64,000 nucleotides of DNA from contig JBLDXI010000048.1 of assembly GCA_047495785.1 (NCBI GenBank), positions 682,001 to 746,000 on the forward strand. Direction: 5' to 3'. A program made the position numbers and the translations under genes. Shown here piece after piece: positions 25,304-37,500 of the stretch. How positions within the stretch are numbered: position 1 is the stretch's first letter; each line of letters opens with the position of its first letter. Source of the stretch: Lepidodermella squamata. Lineage: Eukaryota; Animalia; Gastrotricha. The notes under the pieces are model-generated. The model was not told the DNA's origin and ran no database searches. It was given only the letters and a program-made list of their open reading frames with translations.

Positions 25304-27146
25304 GAAGTTTTTATTGTCCTTGTTTTTTATTGATATTGTTGCCTGGGCTTCAATATCGTGTTATGCATACTGTATACAGCTCAATTATCGTGGTTTTTAT
25401 TTTCGTCGTCGCCCTCACAACCAACATTATCACTACGGATGTTTTAATTTGTTGTGACTTCTAAAAAACCAACGAAAATTGAGTCGCTACGAAGAATAAG
25501 CCGTAGACGAAGTAATTCCACCGTGCTTTGTTCGAGGGAGCTTTCGACTTGAAAAAGGATATCTTGAAATGTGAAGAAAGTTCACTGGTTGCAACATTAT
25601 TTGGGATAGCATAGAGTAATCCCATTCCTTCAAGCGCTCAATCTGGAACATCTTATTTGGGCGTTCAAGAGGCATACCTTTTGAAAATGGCATACAAAAT
25701 TAAATCGAAATTCTTGAATCCATAAAGCTACCCTGATATTATCCGTGTCAATAGCTTTAACAGCTGCATAATTTTTTCCACATAAATTGTCGAATACTAG
25801 CCCATCTAACCCAAGCAACGATACATTGACCTAGAAGCCCACCTCGAATAGCCCTAGCTATTACGTAAATTAGTACGGCTATAACGAACGGTTGACTCAT
25901 TTTTCGCCAGAACAAGTGATTATATAGCTTAAACTCAGCAAAATGAAAATGATTCAAATGATGAAGGGGAGCCTATGAATTACAGTGATTACAGCGAAGA
26001 GGAGGCGGAAATTTTCCTAGAAGATGAATAATAAAGAACGCTTGCCCTTTACTTGTTTCTATTAGTCCATCTCGAATAGAAGCCCAGTTTTCACCCTTTT
26101 ATGGACATTGAAAATCTAGAAGCCCGGGCTAGTATTTGAACATTTACGTTTATCCATTTTTGAAATAAATTTAGAAGATTTAGCTTTGAGCGAGTCTGCG
26201 CTCGCCGGGAAATGCCTTGAAATTGATAGGATTGAGGTGTATGCTTACCTATTACCTTGCTAGAAAAAGGGATTCAGGTTTTGGAGAAAAAGATGTGAAT
26301 ATGAAGTAACATAGAGGTTATTTTCGGAGCTGTCTTTATTGTCAAGTCAACACTATCGATGAAGTCGGCTCTATTTGGTAACAAACAAGGCGCCAGTTTC
26401 GAAGTGCTCATCGTTAGCCGTGATCTGCTTACTGCCAGCCTCTTTTATTGCTATGATTTATAATAGTAGTCGGTCAACGCGTGTTTTTGAGGTCAAAACG
26501 TACGATTTCAGACAAAAATTTGCCGCTAAAGTCGACTTTATCTATTTTTACGAGATAAAGCCGCCTTCATGAGAATGGAGCCGACTTTCATCATGTTCAA
26601 AAATCATACCGGTCATCAAATCCCATCATGGAATGAAGTTAACTTTGTCGATAAATACGGCTTCGAAAATAACCCTCGTTTGAAAAATGAAGTTGAAATT
26701 CGACACTTCGATATTGCGGATCAAAATGGACGAAATTGTGGCAATTGTGATTCCAATATATCAAGCAGAATTTTCTCAAAAATATTAGAAAAAATTCAAT
26801 ATTCAATGCATTTTGGGCAGCGCCTGCTGCAATGACAATGACTTGATACAATGAACACTTATGAATGAGAAAATCCTCTAAACTTGAGATATTTCTGATT
26901 TTGAAAATTGTCAGGTATTTTTCGAATTAAATACGATTCTTCACATTATTCACACATCAAATTGTCCAAAATTTAGGAATTTTTGGGACAAATGAGCCTC
27001 TAGCTCGTGTAAATGCGATGAGAGCAATTCCCTATGGCAAAAATTTTGCCATGTGCATGTAGGGTGTAGGAATAGGGTATTAATAGAGCCATCAATCTAA
27101 AGTTGAAATTATGTTGAATTTTCTTCTTGATTATTTTAAATTTTAG

Positions 27147-27396
27147 GTTGAGCTGGTCGACTGCTGGATTTTCACGGCGCAGCAGTTTTTGCTGGATCGC
27201 GACTTTCCGATTCCGATGCAGCAGCTGATGGGGTTGTTTATTGGGAGAAAGATCGGAGTTCGTTCGACTTGTTTGCCGGGCGCGAAAGGAGGACGTTGAC
27301 GGATTTCGCCGGCAACCAGCCGTTACGTCGACGAGTCTCATTAAAAACGAGTCGTGCAGCGTAAAATTCGGTAAGATTTTTACGTATTTTTTCGCT
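27147..27396 (+). pseudogene. Decayed, internally deleted copy of Tudor-gene exon 5
   Basis: ag|gttgagctggtcga matches the exon start at 39307, then jumps to sequence matching about 40097-40360, including the g|gtaagatttt donor. Confidence 0.88.
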
Positions 27397-28944
27397 AAAT
27401 ATCATATTTTTTGGAAAAATTCTAAATTTTTCATCTTCTGCAAATGAACAAAAATTTGGATTTTATCAAGTCTACCACTTCGATGAGTATCTTCCTTGAT
27501 AGTCTGGTGCCCGGCTAGTAACGCAACTGAAACAAATCCCATTTTTCAGGAAAGTAAAAATTTTCCAGGCCCGCCGATATTTCATCGGCGCGCGCCTGCT
27601 GGTTTGTCGTCACGGCCAATGCCGCCGCCGCTCGCTGGCTCGCTCGCTTGCTTTCTGCTCGCATTGCATAAAGTCAATAGCGCACGCGACTTGCGACGAG
27701 ACCTAACAACGCTTTATTCAAATCATTTCAAAAACTGTCAAAGCTGAGTGCTTGCACTCAGCAGAGGTCAAGCGCTATTAACAAGAAACGCTTAAATACT
27801 TCGATTAATTAATTTTGAAAAAATACAAGAAAAGACAAGACATAAATAACGGAGAGGGTGGAATGCCGTTTCTCATTCCTTGTGCCTGACTTCATCAAAG
27901 CCTTGGCGAGCCAAGATTTCATCGCCATGACGCTAGCGCCTACGAGCGTTGATCGCCGATGGCTGAATTTGTTCGCTTGCTTCAAAAGCCCGCTGTTCCA
28001 TTTGTTTTCAGCGATGAGACGTTTGACTTTGGCGCGCATAGCTCTGAAATTGCCGATTTATTTCTCTGCGAATCCGCCGTTGTTGTCTGCATTCACGCCG
28101 GTTTCTGGCTCAATAGTCATAGAATTTGTTTCGCTGTTGTCGGAAGCATTTTTTGTAATCGAGAGTTCCAACAGCCTTGCGGCTTGTAGGCTGAGAAACA
28201 GTCTAAGTGGCAACCCCGATGGGACATTTAAACTTGCCATTTGATCCGTGCTCCTTGAAGGACCCGTGTCGAAGGCTAACGTCGCTCAGCTCCGCATGTT
28301 GCTGTTAAGTTTTCATTGCCACCTGAAGTGAATCGCCATCATCCGGCAGCCTAATTAGTGTACCGATCGGGATTATTTCTTTGATGGACTCAGACAATCC
28401 TGCTCGGGAGCTGGAACTGGTAGTTCAGAAACCGAATATATTTGCAGTTAGCTATTTTGAATACCTTAGCAAAGGTGATTCCGCTCGGCCGCCCTGCTAA
28501 CATGGTTTCTAGCGGAGCATGAAATGCTTCAAGGAACTATGCCTCGAGGCTAGAACAGGTAAAATGAGAGTAAGATACGTGAACCCAAGCAACTGAAGTT
28601 GTAAAAAGAGGAAACCAGTTCAGCCTTGACCCTCCCTGGTTGGTCGGTATAGCTATACCCAAAACGTGTTTCCCTGCCTGGTTAGGTGAAACAAAATCGA
28701 ATTCAGCTTTAAAATTATTTTCGACGCTTATTGCTTGCGTATATTGCTGCGTCTTCTTTGTTGCGTCTATCATGTTTGATCTGGTGTAACCATATGTCAT
28801 ATGAAACAATCAACTTGTTTACTCTCCATTATCATGGGCTTTCATTGCTTTGATGAGCCCGTGTCCCTCAATCTCCCTACTACTCCTAAGCTGTCACTGA
28901 TTTTCATTGATAGTCGCTTACTTCATACATTGGGATCTGCCAAA

Positions 28945-31900
28945 ATGAGCGAAGACACTCTAAATCTGCAAATTTTATACTTCGACGCGTCATCATTTCC
29001 TGATATCATTCAGAGTCAGCCAATCGTCGTCAAGGCTGGAATGTGCGCTGAAGACGTCCTGCGAAGTTGCGCCGAGGAATTGCATGTATCGGCTTATTCG
29101 TTTCCATTTTTTGGTCTGCAGGTGAAACCCAAGCTATCTGAGGCTTCGACGGAAACGTATTGGCTCACTCCCAACTCGAATTTCAATGTATTAATGCAGC
29201 TGTCAGCAACGCATGATTTCTACTTTCGGTTTAGATTCAAGCCTGCTCGTGGTCTCATGCGTTTTGCCCAAAATCGATGCAAAGTTTTGGGTAAACATTA
29301 CGGATTTCGAGCCCTTTTGCAACAAAGCAATGACATGTCCGATAACTTGTGGATGTTACTTCTCGGACAATGCGAAAACGACTTGAGTGAAGAAACGTAC
29401 AGCATATTGAAGATGAAGGATTCAGCTAGAGGAGATGAGGAAGTTCGCGGAGGTTTGTGGGCTCTCCGTGTTATGAGCAGATCCAGCTCAACTAAGAAGC
29501 GACTACATTTGAGTACTGATTTTGTCCTTGGTTGGTTGCCAGAAAAACTGCGCAAAAAAATCGGCTACCTCCGCAGTTCCAACCCCTCTATAATGTGTGT
29601 GAAATGGGACTTCAACAGTATCGCCGGTTGCTTGCCGGAAAAGCTACGAAATAAAAAGGACTTCCTTCGAGATGTCAAAGAGTGCCTCGCCGACGCGACG
29701 CGCAAATTCAGTGGACTGTCTCTGCGCGCCATTAACTTCACTTTTCTGGAAGAATATGTCTACGAAAATGCCACCAGGCTCATACAGCGCTTTAATGTTG
29801 AATATGAAGACTTCGGCGAAGGTGTGACTTACATTGACACTCAGGAGTGTAATTGCTACCCGGCTGTCCGATTCGCTGGCCGGAATACCTCTCAAATCAG
29901 GGAGATCTGCACTCTGAAAGACCTGAATGGCTTTTCAATTTCCGAGAATGTTGTTAAGCTTCATTTAAAACGACTAGGCGACATTTGCTCTCTGAAATTT
30001 ACCACCAAGAATCAGGCTGAATCTTTTGCGTCTGAAGTGGATGCTCAGTACCGAACATGTGTGGATTGGTACGGCAATTTGTGTCTGGACACACCTCAGT
30101 CGGTCTACTCGCCCCGAATTGCCACCTTAAAACTGAATTTTGTCATGCCATCAGCTAGTTTGAGAATCAACTCGCCTGGAATTCGCATTACCGACAACGT
30201 TCCATCTTCTCTCTTCAAATTCCGCCCATTTATTTTGCAACAGAGCAGCCAGAAAGTCGGAAATGTCAAGGTTGAATTTTCGAACGCGGTTAAAAATTAC
30301 GGCGGATTCTATTGGCAACTTCGTATTATATTGAACGCGGACGGCGCATGGCAAATTCGAGGAAGTTCTGGCTCGATCAATTTCGAGGAAAACCGGGATT
30401 TATTACAAGATTTTTCGTCTCTGCAAGACGCTTGTCAAGCTTTGTTGACTAACATCGCTAAAAGACTGAATGGTCTATCAGGAAGATGGCTCCCCACATC
30501 TATTGATGAGAAGGAAATAATGGTTCGATTGGGTCACATTGGCCGTTCTCCTCGTGTTCATTTCATCGACCCAGAATTAATTGAGGTAAGCAAAATTTGG
30601 AGGAATATTTCAAACCTTCAGCAAACGTTAGAAAACATATTTTCCGTCAGCAACTGAAGCCCTATTATTTTTATTAAGATTGTAAGTGATTAGCGACCGC
30701 TAGAGCTGTTATAAGTGAGGAGCGCACACATAAGCAGCACAATCAAATTACTTGAGTTTAATCGACGCTTATTTACCTAAATTTGGGGGAAAGTCTTCCG
30801 TTTATGCGCCTCGGCGAACTCGCGCTAGCGTTTATTTATTTATTTTATTCATTTATTTTTATTTGACATGCAATTATCGCACTTGCGATTGTAGCAAACA
30901 GTAAAACAGAAAAAGAAAGATAATTTTTCACGTATTACGGCGCCTCACTGACGACACAAGATGTTTATCAATATCAATATTCATAAGAAATTTTTTAAAT
31001 GAATTGGGTTGGACTCCGAACCCACATAAATCGACGCAGCTTAGCAGCAAGGAGCTGCGCGCAAAATGTCGGACATTACGTCTCTGGTCTGAAATCAAAG
31101 CTGGGCGATGGCGTGTTGATGTTATCCGCGATACCAGGTGCTAGCTCAAAGCTCTCCTACAAAATAACGAAATAACAATCTGGTTACAGATTGAAAAATT
31201 ACGAAAACGAACATTAGAGTCCGACATTAGAAAGAGATTTTCGGCTGTGTCGAAGATGTACCTGGTTGATTTTAGCGAGGGCCAACAGTTCGAAGCTCCA
31301 CGACTGGTTCAATTGCAGCCGCAACTGCGGCATCCGAATAGATTTTCTTAGATCGCCCAGGCTTACGCTTTGTTGGGGTGGGGAGACAATCCATCAGTCG
31401 ATCGATGACGCCTGAGATGCCCTTGACGATCGACCAGTTTTTCCCGACTTGCCAGATGACGTTCGCGACTTGGCTTTCGTTTTGCGCGCTTTTCTTCCTG
31501 GAATAGGATTAATGCTGGCAACGATCCTGAAACCTCCAATGCAGGTCGTCGAGCTCGACTGTGAGTGCTGGACGGCCTGAGCCACTCTGCGAAACAGCTC
31601 GCCAGTCACTTGGTATCTCATCGATGCGAGGCAGGTGCTTGGTTATGGTGGAATGAATAAAGGGGCCTTTTTCGACCCAGGTTTACAAGTGCAGGCATGG
31701 AAGGTCACAACAGTCCTCTGTCATCTGGGCGCTACTTGCGCCGGGTTCGGATGACGGATGACATAATCTGGTCTTTAGAGGGCAATTTGTTATCCAAGAA
31801 TGAGCCAAATATTCCCATCTTGCTCCCCGGTGTACAACGTCGACAGATACTGTGACCTTGAGACTGTTATTGCTTATCTATGAGCCAACAAAATCGACAT

Positions 31901-34217
31901 TGATTTGGGGAAACTTCTATGATAGAATCAGGCTGAATGCTGTCTATACAGAGCAATTACAATACATCACTTTTATATCCTCCTTTATACTATTACTTAT
32001 ATAAGTTTTATGTTTTATTCATTTGTTTGTTTTGATTAAGGCTATCAATGCTGATGGTAACAACTTACCTGTTCTCGCCTTCTCGGAGCAAGTAATTCGC
32101 ATGGAAAATGTAGCAGACGGGCAATTCTCCCGCCTAATTTTTGCCGCATGGGCCAACACCGGAAACCAGTATCTACTCCGAGAATACAACGGAACTCGAG
32201 ACCATTTGCTCTCTCGATTTTTTTCAACCGCTGAAAAATGGGCGCAATTATCTTATTCTGGTCTAGCTCAAATCGCCGCATTCTCGACTGGAGCTGATTT
32301 TTACCTGCTCGAATTTGCGAGTGGCGGCCCGCTTGACGTTTATCTCAATTCTTGCAATTCAGCAATCTACCCGACTCATTTGCTTCTGACTATGAAGACG
32401 CTGTGCGACAGTCTTGTCTACTTTAAAGAGCGCAATTACACTCATGGCGATATTCGCCTGGCCAATGTTGTTTTGCTGAATCATACCATGGAACCGCCGA
32501 TTTTATTCGAAGTGAAATTACTGCCGCCCGAGATAGATCAACGCGCCTTACCATCCGGCGCGGAACAACCGTTTTTTCTTCGAGATCGCAAAATTTTTTG
32601 GCCGGAAAATGGGCCTATAACCGACGTGTACGCCCTCGGTGTTACTTTCATCCAGCTTTTGAGGCTTGGTAGTGTTCCGACTCAACAAGATGTGGCCGGT
32701 TTTCTCGATTTGGACGAGCCAAATTTAGCGAATTTTCTCGATCGATTCGCCGATTTTCTGCCTGAATTCAAAAAATTATTTCGCCGAATTTTTGGTTTGA
32801 TCAAAACTCTGTTGATCGAAGTTGATGGGGACGTAGAATTTGTGCGCTATATTTCAATGCAGCTTGGTGAAATGGTTAATAATTGCCGAAATCTGCCGCT
32901 AGTCACCCTGAATAGCTTTTCCTCTGAATATTCTTCGATCGAGACTGAAATAAATCGCTACTACCACATTCCGTTTGAAAATATCGAGCCTGGTCCAAAG
33001 CTGAGTCAGGGCAGTTTCGGCGAGGTCATTCGAGCGAGTTGGCGGCAGCGAAATGCGACTGGCCATGTGAATGTTACGGCCGTTGCGTTGAAACGACCGT
33101 TGATAGATCGACCTGATGATTCTCAGCCCGCGTTTAGCCGACTGAATTCCGAGTTTATGATTTGGGTCAATTTGAAACACGAAAACAGTAAGTAAATTAT
33201 TGTCATTTTTCATCTGGCCAAAATTGTTTTTTCTTTAACCATAATTTTGTCCTGGAAATGTACAATTTTGGACATGATATCGGAAATATCTTTGTCCATC
33301 TGACCAGGAATTCGACCCTTTCAATAACCCAGTTTTAATAGTCTTATTACTTTCGGCTTAAAGTTGGAATTATTCCTCCACAATATTGTCCGATTATCCT
33401 TAGGATGCTCCTTGGGGAATACCTCTCTTGATAATATCTTTTTTTTTCAATTGAAGTCATTCAAGTTTACGGCATGACGTATGAAGACGGGCGACCCGGT
33501 ATCGTGATGGAGTATATCGAAAACGCATTAACTCTGGAAACATATTCGAAGAGCAAATCTCATCGTGATTCTGCGTTTTTTCGCGAAATGACCGGTTTAT
33601 TAATTCAGGTTGGCTTCTTCTAAGATTATTGACTCATCATTAAATTCATTTTACTTCAAAAAATTTCGAATTATTGTTTCTGTTTGAATAATTATTTCCC
33701 AATTGTATTTTAAATCTTAATTTAATCGATTTTTAATTTTAAGGTCACGAAAGGAATGCAGCATTTATCGAATCGCAATATGCCTATTGTCCACCGCGAC
33801 TTGGCCGCTAGAAACGTCCTCATCCAACCGTTGCCATTAAACAACGGCTCGCCAAATCTAGTCGCCAAAATCGGCGATTTTGGATTAGCTTGCTTGGTCG
33901 ATACTTCTTCGACCTACCGCCGACTATACGATACGTTTTTTTCGCCGCCACCGTGGTGTGCTCCAGAGGTGGAACGCTCATGCCGCGCGACCCCAGCTTC
34001 TGACGTGTTCAGTTTCGGTACGGTAACTCTGGAGGTCATCTGCCAAGTAACTCCCGAAGAAAGGCCTGTTGTCACTAAACCGCACACGCATTTATTCGAG
34101 AGAGATACCCCGCCTAAATTGCGAGAAATAATGTTGAAATGCTGGCAAAAGCGACCGGAAGATCGGCCAAATTTTCAAATGCTGGAAGTGTTTTTGAACG
34201 TGTTTTATCAGGGCTGA
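28945..34217 (+). CDS. JAK: Janus-kinase-like tyrosine kinase, copy B; canonical HRD
   Basis: Exons 28945-30585, 32041-33187, 33457-33608, 33744-34217; same intron positions and phases as copy A; HRDLAARN, DFG, WCAPE intact. Confidence 0.9.
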
Positions 34218-34567
34218 ATATTTTTTACGTGTCTTTCTATTTATTCTAGTTTTTGCGGTCAATTTTTATGAGCTCTGTCAAGACATAACTGCTCACATTC
34301 CGACGCTCTGTTGAGTTATAAAAGTGTTGTGATGGCTGAGAATATTTGTTACTGCAATTTTATTATTGACGATTAAAACATTTCATTCTCTCTCAAATGA
34401 CTTGAATTTTCACATTTTTCTGTTATTCTTAGGATATGCTTTTAAGATGACCTGATAAAAAATCGTGGCGGCTTTTTTTTCTCTACAAGTGGCGATATTT
34501 TTATAAAACATTATAGCATTCTTTTATTGATAGATTGGTAGATAGTATATTGAGTGAAAGAAGAAGA

Positions 34568-37500
34568 ATGAGTCCGTCGTCGAGTCAAATCATCATTCGC
34601 AACGTCGGGCGTTCGGCCGATGAGAAGGATTTGCACCAGTTGCTGCGCCGTTTCAACCCGCTAGGCATTAGGCTGATGCCGAGTCGCGCGAATGGTCTGA
34701 ACCAAGCGTAAGTTTTCTTCCTTGCGGGGCTTCTATTACGGTCAGAGAAAGAATTTTGTGAATAAATTATAGTTGAAAAAATTAAAAATTAAAAAACTAT
34801 CATACTCAATTTCAATTTTATTTTAAACCGCAAATTCGTTGATGTTGCAATTCGGGACATTTCCCCTTAAAAACTATCAATATCTTTCACTGATTTTCAA
34901 TCAGTTCAAAAATGTCCATCTTCTATGCTTTTATTTCAGAATCGTCGATTTTGACCAGCCGGAATTAGCTCACAAGGCTGTACAGACCCTGAACGGCTTT
35001 GATTGGGTCGACAACGAGTGTCTCTTTGTCGAATTCGTCCCGCCAAGTCAAGACCGCCCCGGCCCCCCAGCCGACCACTCCCGCTACGTTCCGGCCGAAG
35101 ACCCGCGATACGGGGCTCGACCCCCGCAACAGGCCCTGCCACCCCCGGACCACGCCCAGGCCTACTGGAACCGCCAGAACCCTCCGGTCGTGCGCCCGGC
35201 TGGTCACCACGCGGGTGGTCAGTGGGACGACGGTCCTGATGACAGTATGCCGCCAATCCGGGCCAAACCTCGTGGAGTGGTCGATGTCGACGACCTGTTC
35301 GGTTCGTCGGGTCCGAACAAACCAGCTAGGACCCCGTTCTACAGCAGCGAAGTCGACCAGGACATACCGCCTCCCCCGCCTAGGTACGCTGAACGGCCCC
35401 CGCCGACCCGCCCGATGCCACCTGTTGATCGCGACATGTACGACCGCGAAAACCAGCGGCCGCAATACCGCCCGGCCTTCAACGACCAGCCCCCGCCGCC
35501 GCGCCCATCTGTTCAACCCGGCCGTCCTGTCCCGCCTGAGTACATGGGCAAGGAGGAGCTGGTTGACACGTGCTACCGGCAGCGCGATGAAATCGAATCT
35601 CTCCGCGCTGAGGTGGAGCAGTTGATGATTGAAAACGCGAAGCTGAAGCATAGACTGGCGGCTCAACCGGCGTTCCAACCGCCCCCGGTTTCGGCAAACA
35701 ACCCGGCGTCGCAGAACTACGCACCCGGTTCCTACGGGTTCCAGTCACGTGACCCGCAACAATCTCGCCCGGTCGAGCCGGTCAATCGATTCGAATTCGA
35801 TTACCAGCGAAGCGGAGGCGGCGCGCCAGCGCAGAATTCGGCTGGAGGTCAGCGCAGTTTTGACGACGCCCGTGGAGGGGGAGATGCTCCCAGGGGCGGT
35901 GGCGATGGGTTCACGATCGACCGGCAGGGTGATCGTGGCAATTTGAACCGCAGTTATGGCAACGACCGCCCGAGAGCTGGCGGTTTTGATGACGGCGAGG
36001 CTCCCCGCCGATTCGGCGGTAACCGAGGTGAGCAGGGTGATCGGGGTGACCGGGGCCCAATGGGTGATCGGGGTGACCGGGGCCCAATGGGTGATCGGGG
36101 TGACCGGGGCCCAATGGGTGATCGGGGCCCAATGGGTGATCGAGGTGATCGTCCTAGGGACGGCGGGTGTTTCAAATGCGGTGAACAGGGTCACATGTCT
36201 CGTGAATGCCCGAAGGGTGGAAATGACCGGCCCCGTGGTGATGGGTGTTTCAAGTGTGGTGAGCAGGGGCATATGTCTCGGGAGTGTCCGAAGGGGGGTA
36301 ATGATCGGCCGCGTAATGACGGTGCATGCTTCAAGTGCGGCGAACAGGGTCATCAGTCGCGTGATTGCCCCAAGGGAGGCGATCGCAGGGGAGGAGGCGG
36401 TCCTGGTAACTGTTTCAAGTGTGGTGAGTATAATGTTTACGTTCCCTCTGTTTTTGATAATATTAATGAAAAAAATATTACAATTGTGTTTTCTTATTAA
36501 AAATTAAAATATTTTGTACGCAATTGTGGATACATCGGAATTGAGTTATTCGGTACTCTTTGGCTAAAAGGGCTATTTATTATTCATTTTTTAACAATTT
36601 TTCATGATGTGGTAAAAATTGGACGCATCTGTTCTGGGTTGTTCATCCGGTTTGGTTTTGTTTTATTCATTTTTTTTGTTCCGCGTTGGAGTTTCATTGT
36701 GAGTGTAAACATATTTAAATGATGGCCGGAACATTCTTAAAGAAAATAGAAAGATGCATTTGAATTTTTATAATATGACTCCCCTTGGTGTATTTTTCAG
36801 CTTTTTTGGCTTTTTTGAACATGAACAGCTATCTTTTGTAGAATTTGCAATGTTCATAAAAAAAACAGAACAAAATCGGGTTTTCAATATTTCAAAATTG
36901 AGATTTTCTAAAAAAAACTCCGAAAATCGAACATTTCATGTAAAAATCATTGCTAAACTTCGAACAATTCTTGAAAACTTCTGTGTTATCTTGGAGATGA
37001 TCATTGTCAGAAATTAAATTCAAATTTTTAATTTTAATCCTGTGTTATCAGGCCAACCTGGTCATATGTCTCGAGAATGCACTCAGAGTGGCGGTGACGG
37101 TGGTTCTCGCGGCGGCCCTCGCGGCGGTGGCGGAGGCTATGGCGGCGGTTCTCGCGGTGGTTCCAGCTACGGTGGCAACAACTCGAGCGCTCTGAGTGCC
37201 GGCCCCAAGAAGAGCATGGTTGACGATGATTTCGCTGAAGAGGCTGAAGAAACCCCAGCCCCGACCCCTGCTGCCGCTTCAAGCGGTCCGGCTCTAGAAA
37301 GGCCTGGCCAAAGATCGGCTGGATTAGTCGACAGCGAATGGGCCGACAAACCGGAGGAACCGAGCGAAGCCCCGACAACGGCTGAACCTGCCCAACCGGA
37401 AACTCAAACGGTAGAAGAACCAAAGCCTCCAGTAGTCGAGGAGCAAAAACCACCTGTTGAGTCGGCTACCTCTGACAAGCCGAAAGTTCGGATGAACCTG

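Noticed and set aside
25480-26150. Possible pogo/Tc2-like transposon remnant (tagaagccc repeats, acidic ORF end)
   Set aside because: No clear catalytic motif or paired termini.
26375-26835. Type II membrane protein fragment
   Set aside because: Split across frames with no supporting splice sites or recognisable domain.
27809-28809. Minus-strand ORF fragments upstream of JAK-B
   Set aside because: In-frame stop, no recognisable homology, no credible gene model.
31000-31900. Possible LINE RT remnant in JAK-B intron 1
   Set aside because: Only a faint MGIFG..L-like trace; too decayed to support.
34936-36507. Many overlapping antisense and alternate-frame ORFs
   Set aside because: Shadows of the GC-rich, repetitive Tudor-gene exon 2.
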